From Candidatus Latescibacterota bacterium (GTDB taxonomy: Bacteria > Latescibacterota > UBA2968): DNA of 64,000 bases. The translations under genes and the position numbers were made by a program. Location of the stretch: contig OZ242311.1 of the NCBI GenBank assembly GCA_965207885.1, positions 2,752,001 through 2,816,000 on the forward strand, read 5' to 3'. Shown piece after piece: positions 60,374-64,000 of the stretch. Every line of letters begins with the position of its first letter. The stretch's first letter is position 1. The notes beneath the pieces are model-generated. The model worked only from the letters and a program-made list of their open reading frames with translations, had not been told where the DNA came from and searched no databases.

Positions 60374-61048
60374 ATGCCTAAACCATACCAGGCCGTCATA
60401 TTTGATATGGACGGCCTGATAGTTGATACGGAAAATATTTATTACAACACCTATAACCAGACACTCAACGAGTTGGGGATTGACATACCGCGCGAAGGTT
60501 ATGTGCGCTGTGTTGGACATCCCGTGGAAAACAACAGCGCAGACGCCGTCAAACGCTACGACTTGCCGATCCGTCCCGAAGACTTCCACGAAGCCTGGAT
60601 GACCCGATTTGAAACCGCGATCGCAGACCCCGATCAAATCGACCTCATGCCCGGCTTTCTCGACCTGCTATCACACCTTCAAAACAAACACTACAAACTC
60701 GGCATCGCATCATCCACGCCGCGCCAGCGCATGCGCGCCACACTTCAAAACGGCGTCTTGCCCCATGTCAATGCCAGCGCGCTCCACGACATTTTTGGGG
60801 CTATTTTTTCGGGCAGCGACGTCACCCGCACCAAACCCGACCCGGAAATCTACCTCAAAACCGCCGCAAAACTCAATGTTTCTCCCGAAACCTGTGTCGT
60901 ATTTGAAGACAGTGCTGCAGGCGTCCAATCTGGAAAAGCCGCTGGCATGACAGTCTTCGCCGTACCCAATTTCTTCACTGCACATCAAAACCACGACAGC
61001 GCCGACCGCATACTCCCCCGCCTCGACGCGGCAATTGCGGTATTGTGA
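60374..61048 (+). CDS. HAD-family phosphatase (beta-PGM-like)
   Basis: FDMDG, KPDPEIY, FEDS..G. Confidence 0.92.
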   Translation: MPKPYQAVIFDMDGLIVDTENIYYNTYNQTLNELGIDIPREGYVRCVGHPVENNSADAVKRYDLPIRPEDFHEAWMTRFETAIADPDQIDLMPGFLDLLSHLQNKHYKLGIASSTPRQRMRATLQNGVLPHVNASALHDIFGAIFSGSDVTRTKPDPEIYLKTAAKLNVSPETCVVFEDSAAGVQSGKAAGMTVFAVPNFFTAHQNHDSADRILPRLDAAIAVL

Positions 61049-61050
61049 GG

Positions 61051-61081
61051 CAGCGATCAGCGGTCAGCTATCAGCCTCAGC
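61051..61081 (+). repeat. Degenerate heptamer tandem repeat (CAGCnnT)
   Basis: CAGCGAT CAGCGGT CAGCTAT CAGCCT CAGC. Confidence 0.65.
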
Positions 61082-61113
61082 CCCCACCGCCCCCTTCGCT
61101 CTTCGTCGTAGCA

Positions 61114-61138
61114 TTCGCGGCAAGGATGCCGCTCCTAC
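61114..61138 (-). repeat. GTAG-type REP-like element
   Basis: GTAGGAGCGGCA-TCCT-TGCCGCGAA; single copy in the window. Confidence 0.6.
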
Positions 61139-61179
61139 GGCGTAATTATTCATACTTCTCCCTTCACACTTCACACTTC

Positions 61180-61975
61180 CTACGCCTTCTCCCACGTCTC
61201 ATACCACTTCCGGTACCCCGTCTCCACGGGTTCGATATCGCCCACCTCAAACTCCAGTGCATAGTCCCGATCGTAGCCCAGTGCTTCTACCTGATCCCAC
61301 ACCCAGTGATAATCGATAATACCGTCACCGAGCATGCAACGCTCCCACTTCCCTTCCGAGTTGTAATCGCCATCCTTGATATGCACATGCACGATATAAT
61401 CCTTAAACACTTCGAAAGCGGACTTATAATCTGCACCTGCAGCCATCAAATTGCACGGCTCGTACAAAATTCCAAAATACTCTGAATCGACCTTCTCACA
61501 AATCTCCTGACAAGCCTCTGGATTACCAGAAATTTCAGTGCCGTGATTCTCAATCCCCATGTAAATACCCAATTTCTCGGCGTACTCCGCGGATTCCTGA
61601 AAATAGGGCACTATCGTATCAATCGAAGCGCGTTTGCCATCACCCGGCATAATGCGAATGGACTTTGAACCAAACGCCTTCCCCCACATCCAGCGTCTTT
61701 TTCATCTCATCCATTGCAGCCTGCCTGTCATCTTCCGAATCGGCGACAAAATCTCGCCCGCAGTACGACCCGATATTTGCCAACACCACGCCGTACTTAT
61801 CGCATACCCGACGCAGTTCGTCCATATCGTAATCGGGGTCCGTCACCGAAAAGTGCGGCATGCGCCCCACCAGATCAATTTTGTCAAACCCCGCTTCGGC
61901 AATCACCTTAAACGTATAATCCAGATCGCTTTCCCGAAGCGGAAAACTACACGCTGAAATGCGCGTCACATCCAT
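61180..61975 (-). pseudogene. Sugar phosphate isomerase/epimerase (xylose-isomerase-like TIM barrel) with a +1 frameshift, possibly a sequencing error
   Basis: G5 run at 61681-61685; G4 restores LDVGKAFGS; IENH, HVHIKD, LEFE. Confidence 0.8.
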
Positions 61976-61976
61976 T

Positions 61977-64000
61977 TCAATCCTCCTCCACGGCATAATC
62001 CACAAAAATTGGACTGCTCCAGGCCATCTCCATATCGGTTTGCACCACGCGAACATAATACGGATTGATACCCGGCTTTGCGTCTTCATCAGTAAAATCG
62101 AACGACACCTCTCCCGCGGCCTGTGCCTCGGGTGCGAAATCAATGGTCACGCGCCGATTCAATGGACCGAGTTCCATTGTCACCGGACCATTTTCCAGAT
62201 CACTTGTCCCAACGTGAAATCCGACCTTTTCAGCCGGCGCATAAGACATGCGCCTCGGCGGTTTGATACCCTGATCGCCGAATAAGGGACCGGTAATAAC
62301 CGAAGTATTCACCACGCATTCAATATCCACATCGCCATCGCCCGGCAAGTCGAGAATAAGACCACTGCGATACCCACACGCCACAGAATACCAGCGCAAC
62401 CCCTCATCGGTCACATCAAAAACGCGAGATCGCGGACTGTCAAACCGAATCTTTTCAACACCATTAATCGCGCGCCCCGAAACCCTCAGAGTCCCCTCCC
62501 AGATCACGCCGGAATAACTGCTCTTGCGACTCGCGCCCTCCCACAAAATACGCACGCGATTGCGGTCTTTTGCCCCTTCAGTCGGATGGCTGTAAATCCG
62601 TTCCAATCCGCGGTACAATTCTACAGATTCATACGGCGCAGTACCCGCTACAAAAGCCGAGATACGCGGTGTATTTCCCGTTGTGAACTCCTCCCCCATC
62701 CAATGGTCCTCACACGAAGTATGCAGCAAAATTCGCGCACCTGTCGTCGCGTAAATGCGCCTCGCTTTGTACGCGTCCAGAACACTTTCAATCGTCAACT
62801 CGGGCGCGTAAACCGCAGCCAATCCCGCCTTGGCATAACGCCGGTGCTGAAAACCCGGCGTATCCCCGCCTGGTCGTCCGTTGTGGCTATCACTCCCGCC
62901 GAAAAATCCCATGCGATAATTGCGCTCAAGTGTCTCCTGCAAAATCCACTCAAATGTCCCGTGATCCGAAGTTACTTCCACAGCGGGTTCCAGATAGGGA
63001 TCGTGGTATTGCAAATCGGAATGCTCGCCGCCCACATGAGCCGTAATCACCGTATCCGTCCCGCGATACGCTTCATAGACCTCTGTAATATGCCTCAAAT
63101 CCGTATCTTCGTCCGACTTGTCAGCCAGGCCCTCATGTCCAGACCGACGGATGGGCTGATCGTGCCGCCGAAAATACACGTTGTGATGTCCACCCCGCGT
63201 GGTTTGTGCCGACCACTCAAAGCCCGGCAAAGCGACAAATTGCCCCGGCTGATTATACGCGCGTTCCGTCTCTTGCTGCAACACCCAATCGCGTTTGCTC
63301 AAAACGTGATCATTGCGCTGATACCCCGCAAAGTGGATCGCTGCAACATCTCGCGCATACCTGAAAAAATCGGGAATCTTCTCCGCCATAGCCACCTGAC
63401 CGCCGTGTGAGTCTCCCCAATACAGCGCGAATTGCGGTGCTGCATTGCGGCACGCAATCGGATTGCTCTGCGCGACCAGCGTACCATCATCGGCATCGAC
63501 ACGGTGAATCCCACCGCGCTCTACCACACATTCATCCACCCACCGCACACCCCCTTCTGCATCGCCAAAACTCGCGGTTTGCGGCACGCGCACATCATTG
63601 CCATTGAGTGCCACATCCCCGCGATAAGAGACCGCTGGATTACCCCAGGCATCTTCGGCCTTGACCTGAATGCGAAACGGTTTGCCAGACTCGACAATAG
63701 ACGGCGCATTGATCACCAGCTTTACAGCCTCGCCCCCCACAATGCGCAAAGACGGCGGATTGGGCAATATCGCGGCCTCGCCATCTCCCGCATCGACAGC
63801 CACCCAGAAAAAGTGCTGCGCCTCGGCAAAAGTCTGCGACCGAAACCCCGGTCCGCCACCTGTCGTATCGCCATAAGTCACCGAAACCTGCTCGCCCTCT
63901 GCCAAAGCGCGCCCATTTACAGTCAGCAAAAGCGACATCATACTCTGCACCAGAGCACCCACACGCGCTTCTCTCGGCGCGTCAACCGTCAAATAATCTG
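61977..64000 (-). CDS. DUF3604 / PHP-fold metallohydrolase, 5' end outside the window
   Basis: WGDSHG, PGFEWS, GGSDSH, RIYATTG, AWSSPIF. Confidence 0.85.
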   Translation of the reverse strand, partial: DYLTVDAPREARVGALVQSMMSLLLTVNGRALAEGEQVSVTYGDTTGGGPGFRSQTFAEAQHFFWVAVDAGDGEAAILPNPPSLRIVGGEAVKLVINAPSIVESGKPFRIQVKAEDAWGNPAVSYRGDVALNGNDVRVPQTASFGDAEGGVRWVDECVVERGGIHRVDADDGTLVAQSNPIACRNAAPQFALYWGDSHGGQVAMAEKIPDFFRYARDVAAIHFAGYQRNDHVLSKRDWVLQQETERAYNQPGQFVALPGFEWSAQTTRGGHHNVYFRRHDQPIRRSGHEGLADKSDEDTDLRHITEVYEAYRGTDTVITAHVGGEHSDLQYHDPYLEPAVEVTSDHGTFEWILQETLERNYRMGFFGGSDSHNGRPGGDTPGFQHRRYAKAGLAAVYAPELTIESVLDAYKARRIYATTGARILLHTSCEDHWMGEEFTTGNTPRISAFVAGTAPYESVELYRGLERIYSHPTEGAKDRNRVRILWEGASRKSSYSGVIWEGTLRVSGRAINGVEKIRFDSPRSRVFDVTDEGLRWYSVACGYRSGLILDLPGDGDVDIECVVNTSVITGPLFGDQGIKPPRRMSYAPAEKVGFHVGTSDLENGPVTMELGPLNRRVTIDFAPEAQAAGEVSFDFTDEDAKPGINPYYVRVVQTDMEMAWSSPIFVDYAVEED

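Overview
Bacterial DNA in two parts; no rRNA, tRNA or CRISPR array was seen. The first part (about 1-43.2 kb) is an accessory patchwork for glycan and sulfate-ester catabolism. It holds 4 Cys-type sulfatases, a PL4 rhamnogalacturonan lyase, an alginate-lyase/PhyH dioxygenase fusion, two paralogous heparinase-like proteins (one with a PL7/PL28-like tail), BNR propellers, rhaM, a GH50-like hydrolase, esterases and a 12.6 kb operon with two DUF3604 paralogs. This part also carries a tnpB-only IS200/IS605 element, an IS3 element, a 2.2 kb segment bounded by 19-bp direct repeats, a disarmed toxin-antitoxin module and many gene scraps. The second part (about 43.2-64 kb) looks more like core genome: GlmU-like transferase, TPR-Slt, oxidoreductases, a di-heme/Rieske/porin operon behind a DtxR/MntR-type palindrome, dxs, a HAD hydrolase and a third DUF3604. 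The gene content resembles marine or sponge-associated Latescibacterota/Poribacteria-like lineages (inference only). Best candidates for novelty: PhyH-fold enzymes with HxG/HxA plus ExxxH instead of HxD; the lyase-dioxygenase fusion; the metal-regulated di-heme/Rieske/porin module; and a TnpB element whose guide spans, and whose right end supplies a ribosome-binding site for, a lyase start codon. All family calls come from motif recognition, not database searches.
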